Under the pieces are notes generated by a model. That model searched no databases, was not told where the DNA came from, and was given only the letters and a program-made list of their open reading frames with translations. This document shows, piece after piece, positions 1-15,259 of a stretch of DNA of 64,000 nt. This DNA comes from Octopus vulgaris (taxonomy: Eukaryota). The translations under genes and the position numbers were made by a program. Positions within the stretch are counted from its first letter, which is position 1; every line of letters starts with the position of its first letter. The stretch lies in assembly GCA_951406725.2 (NCBI GenBank), contig OX597821.1, forward strand, positions 82,336,001 through 82,400,000, given 5' to 3'.

Positions 1-60
1 CCGTCATTCGAAGGTAAATAACGGAAACAATGTCACACTTGGTCTATCAGGTGTAGTGTT

Positions 61-135
61 CACTATACATGCACCTTTGATGAGTTGTAGTGTCCCTGAG
101 CACTATATACAATAATTTCATTATTATTATTATTT
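61..135 (+). mobile_element. 3' tail of CR1-type LINE (same family as 32110-33287)
   Basis: GTTGTAGTGTCCCTGAGCACTATATACAATAATTTCATTATTATT matches the 3' end of the LINE at ~33235-33287, including the (ATT)n tail. Confidence 0.7.
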
Positions 136-364
136 TGGGAAAATTATTGTACATTTTTAGTGTTCCACTTACAGATTGTATTTATAAGTATATGTATGTA
201 TGTATGCATGTATGTATGTATGTATGTATGTATGTATGTATGTATGTATGTATGTATGTATAGACAAACAAATAAATATGATTGTTTTTTGAAATTTTTA
301 TGTGAGAAATATTAAGCCTTGAATATGTAGGCCAAATGACCAAAAATACAACACACACCCTCAT

Positions 365-620
365 AATTATCATCATCACTGTTTTACCACCATCTTTTCC
401 ATACTTGCATGGTTCAGACAGAATTTGTTGAGGAAGATTGTCTATGGCTGGATGCTCTCCCTGTCACCAACACTCACTTGTTTCCAAATAAGATTATATT
501 TCTCCAAGGGCAGACTTGGCTCCACAGAGTACTGGAAATGAATGACACTGCTTGTATGACAGTGACACTCATTTACAACTATCAGGCAATGTCAAGACAC
601 GGAGACTGAAACATTCACAT
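365..620 (-). mobile_element. 3' half of a SINE carrying the RTE-type tail (tail variant of SINE family A)
   Basis: Reverse complement resembles 39150-39400 (CTTGACAT...AAATGAGTGTCAC...GGAAGGGCATCCAG-like...GATGATGAT). Confidence 0.55.
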
Positions 621-649
621 ACACACATATATCATCACCATCAGCAGCA

Positions 650-968
650 GCAGCAGCATTTAATGTCCATTGCCCATGCTGGCATGGGTTGGACGGTTTA
701 ATTGGGCTGGCACACTGGAAGGCTGCGCCAGGCTCCAGTCTAATTTGTCATGACTTTCTACGGCTGGATGCTCTTCCTAACACGACTGCAATTTTGTTTG
801 GCTTGATGGGTCTTCTCAAGTACGACATAACGCCAAAGGTCTTGGCAATTGCTTCTGTGAGGCCCAATGCTCAAAAGGAGCTTGGCCACCTTGCCTCCAT
901 GAGTCCTGCTTAAAACGAACTCAGCCACCTCAACTCTGTGAGGCCCAACACTTGAAAGGAACTCAGCC
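650..968 (-). mobile_element. RTE LINE 3' end fragment with 42-bp repeat units
   Basis: CCATGCTGGCATGGGTTGGACGG...GGCTGGATGC tail is the reverse complement of 9760-9895 and 52240-52390; GAGGCCCAA...GAACTCAGCCAC units match 9440-9620. Confidence 0.7.
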
Positions 969-1468
969 TTCTTTCAGTTTCACTCTACTAAATCCACCCC
1001 CAGGGTTTTGATTGGCCTGAGGCTATAGTGACAGACACTTGCTGAAGGTGATATGTAGTGAAACTGAACTCATAACCATGTATTTGGGAAGCAAACTTTG
1101 TAACAATACAGCCATGCCTACACCTTTCAGAAAACAATGTATGTCAGACAAAAACTTTTTGCAGCATTATTTTGTCATACACTCTTATGTTCTGAGTTCA
1201 AGTTCTGCCTTCCATGGTTGACTTTACTTTTATTCCTCACATGATTGCAAAGCAAACTTCTCAACCACACAGCCATGCTAAAGGTGGACTAATAGTCCAT
1301 ATCCTTCACACTTAGGAAGATGTATGAAATAAGAGCTCCCTTATTTGAAAATCAAGTAAGGCTTAGCAACAGGAAGGATATTTGGTTGTAAAATCTTCCA
1401 TAAAATTTTTTCCTCTAACACATGGTAGCATGGAAAATGAATATAAAACAAACATATATATATATATT

Positions 1469-2025
1469 ATGTCAGGTCACTTTTGAGTGCTACTGGTAAC
1501 ATGTAACCCAGTGTAACTTGTTGCATGGTTGGGTCGTCGGCGACTAAACCAGCAACCCCCACTAAGCTTGCTTGGTGAGGAGGGTGTTTATTGGACACCC
1601 TGCGGGATGAAAAACAAAACCCGTCAAAGGGCGGAAGAACTCTTGAGAGTCAACGGCCATCCAATAAATGTCTTAAGGCTGTATCATGCGCGGGGACATA
1701 GAAATAATCAGATTGAATACCCGATCGCGTAGTTAAACCATTGGGAGTGAAGGACTCCTAGCCTTTGTTAGGGCATCCTTCTAGGAGAAGGTAACTCAGG
1801 TAACTGGGATAACTCCGACATAAATCCTGCGGCTCAGTGGTTACCGATGATGTTGACTTGTTCTTCTTTTCGGATTATGGCTGCTGTTGCTTAGTGAGTG
1901 AGATTGACTCAGTGCACAGCCTTTCCTCACTTTAAAAAAAATCTTCTTGCACTGGCATTGCATGATAACAACATTGATTAAGCTTCGTGCAATGGCCATA
2001 CTCGATAACGAGGGGGCACCCACCA
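1469..2025 (+). mobile_element. Short non-autonomous RTE-derived retroposon (5'UTR plus 3' tail) inserted in (TA)n
   Basis: CpG-rich block flanked on both sides by TA repeats; contains GGGCATCCTTCTAGGAGAAGGTAACTC, resembling RTE/BovB-type 5'UTR motifs; no credible ORF. Confidence 0.5.
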
Positions 2026-2269
2026 TATATATATATATGCTTGTATGTGTGTGTATATATATTTACACACACACACACATGTGTATATGAATGAATTACA
2101 GAAAATAGAACTCATTGTATTTTGAGAGAGTTGTATTTAATAACAGGTTGACTGAGCTCCGCATTACTTAAAGTTTCATAGGTGCAGATATGTACCTATG
2201 AAACTAAGTAAAGTAGAGCCAAGTCATCTTGTTATGAATTATACATGTAAGAACATACATACTTGTATA

Positions 2270-2284
2270 TCTGTCTATCTATAC

Positions 2285-2375
<91 letters not shown>

Positions 2376-2409
2376 GATCCATCCATCCATCTATCTATCA
2401 ATCTATTTT

Positions 2410-2482
<73 letters not shown>

Positions 2483-2545
2483 TTATCTATCAATTTATCT
2501 ATTTATTTTTCTATTCATCTTTCTATCTATCTGTCCATCTATCTA
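2270..2545. repeat. (TCTA)n tetranucleotide microsatellite
   Basis: Seen directly; similar tracts at 4200-4460 and, as (TAGA)n, at 16085-16350. Confidence 0.95.
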
Positions 2546-2681
2546 TTTGAGTGTTAATTGGAGCGAAGTACACAGTACGAGTGAATAGTCAGATATTACT
2601 AATAATTTCCCAGACACACACATGCACAAACACTCACACACACACACACACAAACACACTGGCAGACATACAGAGAGAGAG

Positions 2682-2718
<37 letters not shown>

Positions 2719-3248
2719 AGCGAGAAACACATAGAGAGGCACATACAGACAGATATAGAACACGCACATGTATAAATATATCCAAAGATAGACTTGAAAA
2801 GTCATGCACGTGTATACAGATACAAACACACACACATACACACACACACAAACACAGACATAAACACACACACATGCACACAAATTCAAGCAAACACACA
2901 CACACACACATGCACACACATCTCTACTCTCAGCATATATCTACACTCTCAGCTTTCTAAACATAGCTTTATCATGGTATCTATAAATGTTTGTCAATGA
3001 AGACTTGTTGCATACACATGCATCATCACTGTTATGGCTGCTGCTGCTGCAAGGCTGTGTGCAACAACTGCGATCTGACAATCGCAGTGTACCATCCCCA
3101 TTCACAAGACGATCAATTTTATTTTGAGAAGGGAGTTAATCAAACTTCACACACACACATACACACACATAAATATACACACAACACACACATAAATATA
3201 CACACAATCAGACACATATATGCACACGCATGTACATGTAATCACATG

Positions 3249-3300
<52 letters not shown>

Positions 3301-3930
3301 TGTGCGTGCATGTATGTGCATGTGTAAAATACACACATACACAGGATGATGTATCACAAGAAATGACCTGCAAAGTATTGGTGGTGGTGGTGGTGGTGGT
3401 GGTGGTGGTGGCGGTAGCGGCGGCAGCCATGGTAATAAGGCTTCTCTATGTGATTGAGGTGGAGACGGTGATGATCCTGCTGGTGGCTGTGAATGGAGCG
3501 GTGGCGACAATGGTGGCCACAGTGGCGGTTGTAGTTAATAATGATAGTAACAATGGTGGTGGTGATGGTTGTGGCGGCTGCGTTGGGCTGGGCGGGGGGC
3601 GGTGGTTGGAGTGGGAGACGGTGGAGGAGTGAATGTGGTGGTGGAGGTGGTGATAGTTCTGATAATTGGGGTAAGTGGCAGTGGTGGTGGTGGTGGTGGT
3701 AGTGTAAGAGAGAGAGAGAGAGGGGGGAGGGAGGAAGAAAGAAAAAGAGAAGATCTTTCAATGATAGAAATAGTTGAGGTCACAATTATGGAAGTAATGG
3801 GGTGGGGTGCAGTAAGATGCGCAGGGAGGTTTCTTGGCTACAGTACCGGGACTCGAGTGCACCAAGAGTTAACTTTGATATTTTACCTTCATTTAGTTTG
3901 CTCATTTCTCTCCCTCTCTCTCTCTCTCTA

Positions 3931-3982
<52 letters not shown>

Positions 3983-4126
3983 TCTCTCTCTCTCTCTTTC
4001 CCTCTCCTCTCTTTCTCAGTCTATACCATTATCTGTTATTCTATCAGTTATCTGGCTATGTAGCGATATACTTCTCCTTATATACCTATTTATATAGATA
4101 TATATTCTACTTATTTATCTATCTAT

Positions 4127-4164
<38 letters not shown>

Positions 4165-4211
4165 TGACATGTACTTTTTCTGTATCTGTCTCTTCACATA
4201 TCTATCTGTCC

Positions 4212-4334
<123 letters not shown>

Positions 4335-4380
4335 CATCTATCTATCTATCTATCTCTCTCTCTATCTATCTATCTATCTA

Positions 4381-4411
<31 letters not shown>

Positions 4412-4420
4412 GTCTGTCTG

Positions 4421-4464
<44 letters not shown>

Positions 4465-4883
4465 ACTATATCAATCAATTTCTTGCTCATTACTTCTTTC
4501 ACTTTCACTTTCTATCTTAACATCACATTTTATTTTTCACTCATTTCTGAACAAATTTTAAACTATGTTCATTGTTTATATATAAATACTTGCATCTACA
4601 AAAGAGAAAGATGTGTGATGTGTGTGCATATCTATAAATGTGTTTATGAAGTAAATAGGATTTTGTATGTGTTACCTATCATTTTATCAGTTTTTCTATG
4701 TAAACCTACATCTATTTACTGCCACTCTTTCTCTCTCTTTCTTCCTCTCTCTCTCTCTCTCACTCTCTCTCATCTATCTATCTACCTATCTATCTTTCTT
4801 TTAGTTCCTTCTCCATCAATGCAGCTTCTCTGCTCAGTTCTTCATATATAACACTTAGCAATAGAGAAGTGAGATGATCTTAC

Positions 4884-4982
4884 CTTGTTTTGACAACATT
4901 GTAATGGTGAAAAGACATAACCTGCCATCTGTTTGACACTTTTTGAAACGGAAACGGTAAATCCTGAAGTTGCCATAGTGAC
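4884..4982 (-). CDS. Candidate 99-nt host-gene exon; in-frame ATG at 4976 gives MATSGFTVSVSKSVKQMAGYVFSPLQCCQNK
   Basis: Minus strand shows a long polypyrimidine tract ending TTTCTTAAG|G, a Kozak-like ACTATGG, and a strong donor AAG|GTAAG at 4884/4883; unique sequence, length divisible by 3. Protein not recognised. Confidence 0.4.
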
Positions 4983-6544
4983 CTTAAGAAAGCAAGGTAC
5001 GGCAAAAAGAAGGTAAGGAGGAGAAAAACTGAAGATGAACAGAGAGATGGCATGAAGAATCAAGAGTGCCAGTTCAAATTGCTACAATTTCTCTCATCTT
5101 GTTTGCTCCATGGGATGTAACAGAGTTCTTCATTTTTCTAATTTGCAAATAATTATAAACAACAGAAAAGTAAATAAAAAAAAATGAATGAGGTGTTAAA
5201 AGATTATATATAAAGAAAGAAAAAATAATCAAATAATTAGAAATGAAGAATGAGGAAAGAAAAGAAAATTTGGCAAATTGGAAACTGTTTTAAAGTGGAG
5301 AGGGTGAAAAAAAAAAAAGGGACAGAAAATTGAAATCTAAAGAAGATGGAGGGGATACAAATAAAACAAAAACAAACAGAAATCAGGATCCCATGAAAAT
5401 ATTTAACTGAAAGATCCAGTCACAGACTTGCTGCAAGTTACTAAAATTTAGCACCGCACACAACTGTAGCTCACTGCAAACTTCTTGTGGAAAGCAAAAG
5501 ATTGTAGATTTCATTTTTTTCTCATTATTGTTCTTATCTTTCTTACAGAGAAAGAAGTGTAGCCCATTCGGTAATTCCGTGTTGTCGAAAAATTAAAACG
5601 CTCATTTGGAACGATCATGGCAACATGGTTAATTACATGATGCTTTCCCTGATTTATTTTTATGTTTTCTTTTTTTCCTTTCTTCCAATGAAAACCAAAG
5701 AGAGAGTTAAATACATTGCCATCATTCTTTGCTTCTTGTTTGTTATTATTATTGCTGTAGTTCTTGTGTAAAACTTCCTTGCTTCAGGTTATTCTGAAGG
5801 CCCTTTTTTCTTTTCTTTTTTCTTCCCTCCTTTTTTCCTATGTAACTTTGTATTTGTATTGCTTTGTTTTCTACTTTTGCGAGGAGAGACTTAGCAGCAC
5901 CAATGTTGTGTATCTCATTCTAGCCACACTTCATTGCTATCAACTCTGTTTATACAAGATACTTTATTACTTCTCTTCTCTTATACCATTTCTTACAACT
6001 ACCAAGGTCTTAAAATGCAAAGAAAAGCAAGGGTAGCTGGGTTTGTTAAGGAGGAAATTCTGTGCAACAGAGACACAAGAACCCGGTACCACTTGTGTTG
6101 GCACCACTTACAGACAGCTTTAAATGCTCTCAAAAAATTCAATTAAATTAGTATTTAACAATTATTATTGTGGTTATTGCTGTTGTTGTTATGCTTGATA
6201 TTTTTCAAGAGCCACTAACATCCACAATGTCTTTTCAATAAGAAAATGGTCAGTTGTTTTGGAGGCTATTTAAAATACTAATCAAAATACTAATTTATTT
6301 TGTTGTGTTTCTTATGTGAGATCCATGCAGCTACAGAGATTGCGGAAGAGAAATGTCCCACTGGCTTGCGTTGTGTTTCAAACTTACAGAAAGGTTCCAG
6401 AAATTCTGTTTACGTAAGTGTGAGTACAAACAGATATGTCTGTGTGTTTGCCGTCTTTCCATCTTTATGAAATGTATGCCTGTATGTATGCTTGTGTATA
6501 TGTATATATATTTATCTATGTTTGTATGTCTGTATATGTACGTC

Positions 6545-6586
<42 letters not shown>

Positions 6587-7187
6587 TATGTATGTTTGAC
6601 AATACAAACACAGAGTTACAGCATCATCAATATTAAGTCCCTCGGTCAGTGGCAACACCAGCGTCACTGACTGACCGCTATCCAGTTCTGTTGACCAGTA
6701 TATTTGAAGTCCAGACTTCAAATATACTTATATCCATCCGCAAGGACAAACATCACAACGAGTTGTTGAGATGCAATAACAACAACAATCATCACCACCA
6801 CAACTACAACCACAACAACCACAACAGTTACAACACGCACAACCACTAGAGAGCCAGGAAAAAAAAAGAAAGCATCGATATCAGTAGCAGCAGCAGCAGC
6901 AGCAGCAGTGGATGCTGCTGTAGACATCATCCATCCCATATAGACAGGCTCCAGTAGTCGGAACCAATAGATTTGCTAGTATATCCCATACAGAGAAGGA
7001 AGAGCTGCTGAGGAAGTAGAGGGAGATGGAGAGAGAGAGAGAGAGTAAACAGAGAGAGGAAGTGAGAAGAGAGGGGTGGGAAAAGAGAAAAATCAAAGAG
7101 TTAAGAAGAGAAAGAGAAAGTAAGAGAAGGTTATAAAGAGAGGGATATAGTGTAAGTGAGTGTTAGAGAGAGTAAGAGATCGTGTGC

Positions 7188-7242
<55 letters not shown>

Positions 7243-7745
7243 GTGGTGGATTTGGTGAGATTTATCAATCAGGCTAGTTATGGTTGAATTGAGTTAGTTG
7301 TTGTTGCTGTTGTTGCTGTATAGTCAATGTATTGCTGGGCAAGGGACTGAGATATTAAGAGGGGAGAAAAAGAGAGAGAGAGAGAGAGAGAGAGTGTGAG
7401 AGAGTGAAAGAGACTATGAGGATGGAGAGGAAGAATAATGGACAAAATGGAAAGAGAGAGAGAGGAAGTGAGGTTGGTAGTGAGAGATGGACAGATAGTG
7501 AGAAAAAAAGAAAGTGGAGAGAGAAATTGAGAAGGAGCGAAGGAGAGATAAAAATAGTTGTAAAGAGGAGAAAAGAAAGAGAGAGAGAGAAAGAAAATCT
7601 GGAGATGAGACAGAGAGGGAAAGGGAGAGAAAACGAAAAAGATGCTGTGGGGAAGAAGGGAAGACTGAAAGAGAGACCACGGAAAAGAGAAGACAAAAGG
7701 AAAAAATAAGAAAGACAATACAAATGAGAAAAAGATGGGGGAAGA

Positions 7746-8289
<544 letters not shown>

Positions 8290-8493
8290 CATATATACAT
8301 ACATACATATATACATATATATATACATATATATAAAATATATATATATATACATACACACACACGCACATTCATATATACATATGCACATATATACACA
8401 CAATATATATATATTATATATGTATATATACATATATATGTATGTATATATATATATGTGTTTATGTGTATATATATATATAATATATATATA

Positions 8494-8540
<47 letters not shown>

Positions 8541-8541
<1 letters not shown>

Positions 8542-8688
8542 GTGCAGGCATGGCTGTGTGAGAAAAGGCTTGCTTCCCAACCACATGATTCCAGGTTCAG
8601 TCAAACTTTGGCAAGTGTCTTCTGCTATAGCCTCGAGCTGATCAAATCTTTGTGAGTAGATTTGGTAGATGGAAACTGAAAGAAGCCT

Positions 8689-8766
<78 letters not shown>

Positions 8767-8991
8767 GTGCGTGTGTGTGTGTATCTGTGTTTGTGTCTGT
8801 GTTTGTTCTCCACCATCACTTAACAACCGGTGCTGGTTATATATATATTTTTTATGTCCCTGTAACATAGCTGTTTGATAAAAGGGACTGATAGAATAGT
8901 ACTGGACTTAGAAAAAAATAAGGGTCGATTTGTTCAACTAATATCCTTCAAGGTGATGCCCAGCAACACTGCAGTTAAACGACTAAAACAA

Positions 8992-8993
<2 letters not shown>
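8541..8993 (+). mobile_element. SINE family A
   Basis: GGTGCAGGCATGGCTGTGTG head, expanded internal (TG)n, GATAGAATAGTACTGG body, GACTAAAACAAG tail. Confidence 0.85.
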
Positions 8994-9063
<70 letters not shown>

Positions 9064-9067
9064 TTAT

Positions 9068-9905
<838 letters not shown>

Positions 9906-10558
9906 ATATATATACAGAGAGAGAGAGTGATAAATAAATAGATACATACATACACACATACATACATGCATGCATGCATATATATATATACATTCATATG
10001 TATATATATATATGCATATATGGATCGAGACATTTTGATTCAAACTCCTTGAAACTCAGAGTACCAGTGAGTTTGAATCAAACTGTTTTGATCCATACAT
10101 GTAACTCCCAATAAATGTGTTGAGTGCCCATCTTTCATTTTTCTACTCACTTGTATATATATATATATTTATATATATATATAAGTAAAAATGTATCACT
10201 CTTGAGTTTTCAGTTGTTTCATCAACTAAATAGCTGAAACTTCAAATTAATATATGAAGTGGTACTCAAACATGTGTACCCTTAAATTATGTCTTGGACA
10301 AAATCAGTGTGACACAGTATGTAACAAGGGTGGACCTTTAAATTACCAATGCAATGCAGCTGACAGTCTTCCACACTGTTTTATTCAACTCAATTTCAAT
10401 TGCAGGGGTTTCGTTTTCTTAAAAATAATAAACAAATGCTTGAGGTACCATTTAGTAGGACTGAATATACTGTCAATGATGATGATGATGATGTATGTAT
10501 GTATATGGATATACATTTATTTGAGTAGGTAAGGAGAAAATAGATTGATAGATAGATA

Positions 10559-10713
10559 TTTACATTATTTACATTCGATGGATATTTGTCCTCATCTTGT
10601 TTGTTGTTAACACAATGTTTCGACTGATATACCCTCCAGCCTTCTTCAGGTGTCTTGGGGAAATTTCAAACCTGGGTTCTCATTCCTAAGGTATTTTTAG
10701 ATGTTATTATTAC

Positions 10714-10783
<70 letters not shown>

Positions 10784-10848
10784 GTTATTGTTCAGGTCAC
10801 TGCTTTGAATTGAACTCGGAATCTCGGGGTTAGTAGCCTGTGCTCTTA
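10559..10848 (-). mobile_element. Penelope-like pseudo-LTR fragment (family P2) with tRNA-like segment and hammerhead motif
   Basis: Same family as 37727-37952; minus strand reads ACAC-CTGAAGAA-GGCTG(loop)CAGTC-GAAAC-ATT-GTGT at 10610-10653. Confidence 0.75.
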
Positions 10849-10892
10849 ATAAATAATAAATAAATAATAATAATAATAACATGAAAATATAC

Positions 10893-11030
10893 CCAGCCTT
10901 GTCACTCTCTGTGTCACACTGAATCTCCCTGAGAACTACATTAATGGTACATATGTCTGTGGAGTACTCAGCCACTTGCTGAATACAGGCTGTTCTGTTG
11001 ATTGGATCCACTGGAACCCTCGTCGAGGTA
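10893..11030 (+). mobile_element. SINE/LINE tail fragment (tail 3 of SINE family C)
   Basis: Matches 47277-47420 (CAGCCTTGTCAC...GAGAACTACATTAA...GGAACCCTCGTCG). Confidence 0.7.
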
Positions 11031-11299
11031 GCCACAACAACAATAAATACATATACACATACATACATAAATACATACGTATACATATATTTATATACAT
11101 GCATATACATACATATGTATACATAGATATACATATATATATTTATATACATAGATATACATATATATATATATCTATTTATATACATACATATACATAT
11201 ATATATGCATATACATACATATATACATATATATTAGTTAATAAATTGTATGATTTATACATAGACACACACTCACACACATATGCACACACATGCACT

Positions 11300-11335
<36 letters not shown>

Positions 11336-11464
11336 TACACACATAATGTTATCTTGATATATTCAAAGTTGAAAATTCAAACCACAACCTTGAACACACT
11401 GTCCCACTGTACACATGCTTGACCAAAGTGAAATATGAAAATTCATACTACACCCATCTATAAT

Positions 11465-11610
11465 TTCTGAAACATTAAAGGATGCCTTTCAACCAACCTC
11501 ACCACATACATCATATCTTTAAAAGAGCTGACCTTGAATGATAGCATGAAATACAGAAATGGGAGCAAAAGTTGTAGTTTATGCACTACTGAAATAAGAC
11601 TAGTATGAAA
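11465..11610 (+). mobile_element. Possible degraded Penelope-like C-terminal remnant
   Basis: Local translation YRNGSKSCSLCTTEIRLV resembles the PLE C-terminal YxNxSKxCxLCxxEK motif. Confidence 0.35.
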
Positions 11611-12677
11611 GCACTTGAGGAAGCCAGTCAAAGATACTGGGGAAGTGCAAGCATGAGTAGAAATACATCCTAAGGTCTTGGAACCATAGTGAAAGTGCAA
11701 TAAAGGAACAATATCACTTTAGTTCTTTCATGGATCCGACCTCTTACACAAAACATTTGGCAATCACCAGGCTCTGTAGTACTTCTTCATGTGCCACTCC
11801 CCAAGCAATCAGATCTTACACGACTTACTCATATCCTCTCATGACTCTATTAAATATGTTTATGTTTCTGCTTTGTTGTATCTATCCATGTTTATAACTA
11901 TACACTTTATACTTACAACAATCCCTGTGCGCATACACATAGATACCTATATATGTATTTCTACACAAATCTTCCTCTTTGTCACTCTGTAGAACTATAT
12001 GTTTGTCTGTCTCTCTTTTTACCTCTCTAATTTATTTGTTTATCTATCTCTCTATTATTTATTTTGTTATCTACTTATCTTTTGTATATCTTGTTATTTT
12101 TTTGCCTATATACCTATCTATCTATTTGCCTATTTATGAACCCATTTATTTATCCATCTACCTACCTATCTTTCTATGTAAGTGTATGTTTGTCTGTCCA
12201 ATTACCCATCCATTTTTATTCGATTTATACCAATTATAAATTCTAAGATTTATTCTATACACTTTCTATATATCTTATTTTCAAATTGTTGAATTTTATT
12301 CCAGGTTAAATTCATTTAATTCCTTCAGTCTCTGTACTTAAATATGTGTAAGCATACACACATACTTGTGTGCATGCATGCATTGTGAATGTGTGTGTGC
12401 ATGCATGCATCTCTATGCACTTATGTGTGCATATGTGAGCCTGTGAAAATAGATATGCACACACTTAGTATTAATATTTAAAGGGAAATAAATCTCTGAA
12501 ATGATTACTTAAGCTAACTATTCCATCTCATGATATTCCCATAATATCTTCTGCTCCAATTTCAGTTTCCCTCAAAATATTCGAAGGTTATTTGTACATT
12601 TTATAAAATGAATTACACAATTATGACACAACTTCACAAAATCATTCATGTTTCATATATTCATATAAATACATACA

Positions 12678-12711
<34 letters not shown>

Positions 12712-12730
12712 CATACACACACACACACAC

Positions 12731-12795
<65 letters not shown>

Positions 12796-12959
12796 TTATA
12801 GTTATATGCATATATAAAGCACAAACCTTCATAATCATATATTTCTATATGTGTTTATATGTTTATGTATGTGTATATACTTAATCATTCAGTGAAAATC
12901 ATCAAGTTATGTATGAGAAGAATGAACAATCACACTTATTTTATTTCAGTTGCAAAGGT

Positions 12960-14540
12960 GAAGTACAAGTTTGCCTAAACACCACTGGAGCTTCCTAGCT
13001 TTTATTAGAACAACTGCTCTAAATGTCAGCAGAATGAAAGGTGGGTTGGAAATTTTGTTGAAATACAGGAGCAAAGATAATGTGTGTTGTGTGCAAGAGA
13101 CAAGCTGGAGGTGTCCCTCAGCCAGACATGTCATAGTAAAAGTGCTGAGATTCTTCTGGAAGGGTAATACCAATAGGGAAGATAAAATTGGCATATTGCC
13201 AGCAAAGAAATAGATAGATAAGTAGTTAAGACAGTCATAGTATGTGACAGAATAATTAAGCCAAGGTTATTCAGAGAAAAATAAACAACAGCCACTGCTA
13301 TTTCCATTATGCACCACAATCAAGTCTGGGGGATAAACTGCAGGACCACTTTTATAAAGCTCTTCTACTGTATACCATGACAACAAACAACAATGAGCTC
13401 ATTTTTATGACTAACGATTTTAATAAACATGTTGGGAAACTGTTTCTCCCGATGGGAAATATTACATTACTTGGAAACATATGAGGGTTGGCAGCAGGAA
13501 GAGCATCCTGTTGAAGAAATTCTGTCTCAACAAATTTTGTTTGACCCAGACAAATGTGGAAAAGTATATGTTAAATGATGATGTGGAGGACCATGAGGAT
13601 GATATTGGGCAGCTCTATGGTGGCCTCTCTGTCATGCATGTGAATTATGAATATAGTGAATATAGAGAATGAGAAGAGATCAGGTCTCCTATAATTCTGT
13701 GATGCAAATGGCCTAACAATTTGCATTATCAACTTCAGGAATCCAGCCAGCCATGTGATCATATATGAATCTGGGGAACACACTAGCTAGACAGACTTCC
13801 TTCTGAACTAGAAATGGGACAGGCAGACTTTTATAAATGCTATGTTTTTTTTTTCTGGTGAAGAATAATGTAGTTATTAAAGATTTCAGAGTGAGAGTAT
13901 GGCAGACTCAGAAACAAAATGCAATCTGAAAATAGAAGTCATGGAAGTTGAAAGATCTCTCAGTCAGTTGTAGATACAGAGAAGTTCTGGTTGATACTTG
14001 AGATAGGAAGGAGGAATATAGAGACTTATGACATTGAGCAAAATTGGAAATTCATACAACACAATTTGCTGAGAGCAACCTAACCTGACAGTGGAGGAAG
14101 AGTGAAGTAAACAAAGTCACAAAAGCAAAGAGATAGGCTTGGAAAAACTGGGCAAATGTAGGCAGCAGAAAGCAATACAAACAAACTAGAAAAACTAGGC
14201 CTTAAGAATACTTAGTTAAAGAAGAAGCAGAAAGTAAGGAACCTACACATATTCTACAACACAAAAATTGGAGGTGTGAGGTATTCCAGATTACAAGACA
14301 CTGCTTGAGAAAAATGAGTTGTCAAGGGAGAATTATATGTAGAATATATAAATATAGTTTGTATACAGATGGCAATAAACTGGCCCTTACTATTACTGAA
14401 GAGAAAGGGGTATGAAAACACTATTATAAGAGATATATAGAGAATTCAGAGGGGAGAGAGGATCAGCCCCCAAGTAGACAAAACAAGGGGACCAAGCATA
14501 CAAGTTGACTGCAGTGCAGTTCATAAAGCAATTAAAGATA
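12960..14540 (+). mobile_element. Old degraded RTE LINE: AP-endonuclease domain and linker, interrupted by an RTE-tail repeat at ~13440-13600
   Basis: TALNV...VCCVQETSW...FFWKGN...IGIL...CDRII...DFNKHVG APE motifs with many stops and frameshifts. Confidence 0.75.
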
Positions 14541-14689
14541 TGTTGGTAATGAAGATTGTGTGTCTGTGTGTGGGGTGGGGTGGGTCTCTATTCATAGATA
14601 ATGTGGTACTGCTCGCAAATCCTAGACCAACTCCACAAGAGGGTTTCTCGTTTGCCAGTCATAACGTTACTTATAAACACAATCCAACT

Positions 14690-14975
14690 ACAGATCCAGA
14701 CATGTTTCATCCTCTGATTTTCTACTGTGACTATAATGGCCTCTGCTCCTCAAAACTGGCCAGGTTCATACCACCTCCACCTAGGTGTTCCAAAGCCACT
14801 CATCTCTCCTCTTCTCCTCTCATCACTCTTGTTGTATTCAATTCTCCAGGCAACACACTAAGTATGTGGCCCATTCCTTCCTCCTCTGGGAATCCCCTTC
14901 TGCTCATGTCTTTCCTGCAGATGTTGACTTGCAAAGGCTCAAGAGGAACATTTATGGCATCAATCTCATTGGCAA
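14690..14975 (+). mobile_element. Degraded CR1/L2/Jockey-group LINE ORF2 C-terminus
   Basis: FYCDYNGLCSSKLARFIPPP...[23 protein letters not shown] resembles the typical FYxYxxGxCSxELxxxIPP...LWNxLPxxVFP ending. Confidence 0.55.
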
Positions 14976-15215
14976 AGACCACTGGCACTGCCCCTTTATC
15001 TGTGTGTGTGTGTATGTGTGTGTGTGTGTATACGTGTGCATGTCTGTGTGTGTGTGTGTGTGTGTATGTGTGAATGTGTGCAAGTGTGTGTGTATGTGTG
15101 TGTGCATGAGTGTCTATGAGTGTGTGTGTGTATGTGCATGCATGTGCGGGGGTGCATACTTGTGTGTGTGTGCGTGTGTTTGTTGTGTGTGTGTAGATAT
15201 TTAATTAGAAATAGG

Positions 15216-15259
<44 letters not shown>

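Noticed and set aside
5549-5571. Plus-strand mini-exon after TTTCTTACAG, ending at GTAATT
   Set aside because: Very short, weak donor, no corroborating exons
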